A DNA stretch of 63,845 nt, the filler included, from Alcyonidium flabelliforme (Eukaryota), in assembly GCA_026167845.1 (NCBI GenBank). It is 56 parts of 56 records of this genome, joined end to end, with 100 filler letters (N's around TTAATTAATTAA, not from the genome) between each part and the next. Parts side by side here need not be neighbours in the genome. Positions count along the whole stretch, not along the records: positions 60,643 to 61,644 come from JAOQFJ010000319.1; positions 61,745 to 62,745 come from JAOQFJ010000320.1; positions 62,846 to 63,845 come from JAOQFJ010000322.1; 53 more parts are not named here. One strand, 5' to 3'. Each line of letters starts with the position of its first letter. Positions within the stretch are counted from its first letter, which is position 1. A program made the translations under genes and the position numbers. Below the pieces are notes generated by a model, which ran no database searches, was not told where the DNA came from, and saw only the letters and a program-made list of their open reading frames with translations. Below are positions 60,543-63,845 of this stretch, in pieces.

Positions 60543-62009
60543 NNNNNNNNNNNNNNNNNNNNNNNNNNNNNNNNNNNNNNNNNNNNTTAATTAATTAANN
60601 NNNNNNNNNNNNNNNNNNNNNNNNNNNNNNNNNNNNNNNNNNCTTACTAGAGCAAATGGCACTCAGTTAAAACGCTCGGTAACCATTTCTCCCAGATGCG
60701 ATAGAGTAACACGGGGCAGCCCGCACCCCTTAAGCGCGAACTGCCATAATTTTCGTTGAGTAACACCCAAGATGTCGAGATTATGCGCGTTCGAAGGAGA
60801 ACCACATAGGCGTAACACATTCACGCCAATAAAACACTTTAAAAATGTACCTCTCAAGAGTACAAGACGTTTATATATTTTTTGTAATGTGGCCTTTTTG
60901 CCCCAAGCCTGGGGCAAGACGGCTAATACCAAGGGGCAAAACGCACACATGAAAAATAAAGGCCTTGTAGCCTATGTTGTATTGAGGCATAACGCACCAT
61001 ACGTGGGGCATGACGCACCTGTGCGAGGCATGACACTGTGTGTGTGGGGCGTGACGCACCCCCGGGTGCGACTTGCCCCTGGCATCTTGCCCCGCTCGAC
61101 CCACCTTGGTGTTTGGGGTTTTTGGTGCGCCATCTTTTGGCAAAATTAACTCACGTTGCACTCACGGTACCGGCTTGAAAACTTATCAATTGTGTAATAT
61201 AGTTCGTTTTTCTGAATAACATATACAATCCATATTTTGTGAACTTTAATCGGGATTCAAATTTGACAGAAATCGAGCTAAAATCTTTCAAATTGTTCTC
61301 AATTTCTTAACTTCAGTCGAAATTGTCTGCAACTTGAACAATTTGCAGTGTCGATCCAAAACGAGGTTTTTGAAAGTCCCATGACTTTGTAGGTCATGCT
61401 GTTTCTGAAATATCGGGGTTTGGCGTCTTACCCCTAGGGTGCGTTTTACCCCGTGTTACTCTACTTGCTGTTCTCTAATTATAAAATCCTTGGACATGCC
61501 TTTTTTAAATCTAAAAGTGGCAAAAATGACTTTTAACAGATTTAATATTTTACTTGGGTTGGCAATTTACGCTAGTTATTTTACGGTCAAAAGGTATTCA
61601 GGAACGCATTTAAATATTTTTTGAATTGTGCCAGGAATTTTGGGNNNNNNNNNNNNNNNNNNNNNNNNNNNNNNNNNNNNNNNNNNNNTTAATTAATTAA
61701 NNNNNNNNNNNNNNNNNNNNNNNNNNNNNNNNNNNNNNNNNNNNGCCTTCCTAGCTGAGCTGGCCCGCCGCTGGCCCTGCGGCTGCCCCTTGTGCTCCTC
61801 CGGCCGGAGGCGGCACTTGGCAGTCTACCGTCGTTCTCAGAAGGTCCTCCGTCCGATGAGGCACCACTGGAATACGACCCAACGACCTCGCGGTCGTTCT
61901 GAACGACCTCGTGGTCGTCCTGCATCGACCCGATGGGTCGACTGGAAGTTTGCTAAACTTCCCGAACTCCAACTTCAGCCCAGCAGCTGGATGGTTCCAA
62001 AAGGATCGA

Positions 62010-62300
62010 CCACCGCTGCCACCAGTGTAGTAGATTTTGCCTTACGGCTAAAACGCTACCAATTCTACTGGGCTAGTCTAATTTGATGACTCCGATGGAG
62101 TCAGACTTATACTGCTAAATATAAGAATAGCGGAGGTCGTATTTCGGTCGTGCGTGGTTGTGTGTTTATTTACCGAGGTTGTGTGTTTATGAGCGAGGTT
62201 GTGTGTTTATTAATTATATGAGAAATAAACGGTGTGCTGATATTTAGCAAGAGCTAAACCAGAACTCAAGTTGATGAGTGCTACACAATTATTTATAAGG
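62010..62300 (-). mobile_element. LTR retrotransposon 5' LTR 3'-end plus tRNA-Leu primer-binding site
   Basis: Minus strand reads ...CTACTACA-C-TGGTGGCAGCGGTGG, complementary to the tRNA-Leu 3' end, at 62010-62024. Upstream AATAAA signals and TATAAA. The far LTR boundary is not resolved. Confidence 0.75.
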
Positions 62301-63037
62301 CTTAACCCGTGCCAAGTAGTGAACAATAGAAAAGGTATACAAGTTTATAAAAGCGTTCTACATTGGGTTGCGCAATAATTAGTTAATCTGATTGGCTTAG
62401 TATTAAAAGTGCCTTTCAACCCAATGAACATTCACTCAAATATCTACTGGTTTTTAGACAACAACAATTTACGTAAGGTCGAGAAGACAACTCTTAAGGA
62501 GCTCAGAATATGATGTATATAAAGCGTGGTGGCCACAACTCCCCGTGGGGGAGACAATTTAACAAGAACAATCGATTAATGGAACTATGATGTGATTTGC
62601 AAGGCCGAAATCCACAACATTCTCCCTTCCATCATTTACGAAGGAAGCGGAAATTATACAACAAATATACGACAAGACAGAGTATAAAAAGTATAAACAC
62701 ACACGGGTTAATAAAGAAAAGGAACGAACGACGAAGAATGTTTCANNNNNNNNNNNNNNNNNNNNNNNNNNNNNNNNNNNNNNNNNNNNTTAATTAATTA
62801 ANNNNNNNNNNNNNNNNNNNNNNNNNNNNNNNNNNNNNNNNNNNNGATCAGGACATGACATACACTGGTAGAGAGGGGTAAGTGTAGGAATGGATTCGGT
62901 CATGTGTTTGTTTGCCTGTGTGTGCATACCCTAGTAGAGGCGGGGTAAATGTAAGAGCGGATCAGGACACGATGTACTCTGGTAGAGAGGAGGAACGTTT
63001 AAGAGTGGAAGAAGGAATGACATACACTGGTAGAGAG

Positions 63038-63716
63038 CGCAAGTAACTTAAGGCAGGTGTTTACCACGTTTTGCCACGGGTGGCGCTGCGAAACTGTTTT
63101 TTTCGATATTTCTAAATAAATAACAATGTTATATTTCTCATTTTAATGCATGTTTGTTAAGAATTTTATGATCTTTAACGTGACACTCACCGCTGTTGGC
63201 CAAATGATCACGTGACTCGTAGGTGTGCGCTTACCTGTACTAAAAATTACACCTACTTCAACTAAGTTTCCGCACGTTCAATGATACAAGTGATCTATTT
63301 TTTTGGTAAAATTAGTTACTGTGTTTATTCAAGATGATTACTGGACTATGGCACATTTCGTTTCTTGTTTCCGTTTGAAGTTATAATTTTTTTTTCCATA
63401 TAGCTATTGTAAAATCCGCCATTTTTCGCTTGAAAATATGTAATTTCTAAAAAACACCAAAATAGTTTCAGAGTGCCATATGTGCAAAAGTAAGTTCTTG
63501 TTTACATGATCTAATAAAACAACTTTCCATAATTTATAAAATGAAACCAACGTGCGGAACTTAAATTTTGTCGCTCCTACTTCATCGCCAGCAACAGTCC
63601 TGTGGAGATGAGCAAACGACGTTTAGTAGCACGTGCATATGTAGATAGCGGAGATAATTCTGAATTATAGCGCGTGCGTCTGGAAATAAATTTTAACCTG
63701 CCTTAAGTTACTTGCG
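63038..63716. mobile_element. TIR element (MITE), possibly TTAA-type
   Basis: Perfect 21-bp inverted repeat CGCAAGTAACTTAAGGCAGGT at 63038-63058 and 63696-63716. Confidence 0.75.
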
Positions 63717-63845
63717 TGGCAACAACATTTGTTTATAGATGAAGCATAACAAATTATGCTTTACTAATTAGCTAAACGGTGACAAGAGTAACTCCCGTTA
63801 GCGTTAGGGCAATAAATATTATGAGCTACGCATAGTGAAATGGAT

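Noticed and set aside
1092..62844. Regularly spaced TTAATTAATTAA repeat as a CRISPR-like or biological array
   Set aside because: It is always embedded in 44+44 Ns and is a six-frame-stop assembly linker.

Overview
This window is not one genomic locus. It is about 56 unrelated contigs of roughly 1.0-1.1 kb, ordered approximately by decreasing length and joined by a synthetic 100-nt spacer (44 N + TTAATTAATTAA + 44 N, stops in all six frames). Gene neighbourhoods are therefore valid only within a contig, and ORFs ending in 'XXX..LIN' are artefacts. The content looks like a marine-invertebrate metagenome with three sources. (1) Animal DNA: lophotrochozoan-type ITS1-5.8S-ITS2-28S, satellites, MITEs, SINEs, LINEs, Penelope, Gypsy, and Polinton/Maverick pieces, including a protein-primed PolB interrupted by spliceosomal introns. 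(2) Ascomycete fungal DNA: intron-containing transcription factors, a copia integrase with RIP-like mutations, and a Tad1-like gag. (3) Bacterial and phage DNA: a siphophage head-tail module, a GH19 endolysin, a RuvC-like resolvase, an Abi/HEPN gene plus wHTH, tandem C5 methyltransferases, ICE conjugation genes, IS3, Fic, and an AlbA/HATPase gene with an in-frame TGA. No CRISPR array and no complete novel system can be shown from fragments this short. The best leads are the intron-containing Polinton-like polymerase, the head-to-tail MTase repeat, a Penelope hammerhead-like motif and an ORFan pair. Family assignments come from motif recognition, not database searches.
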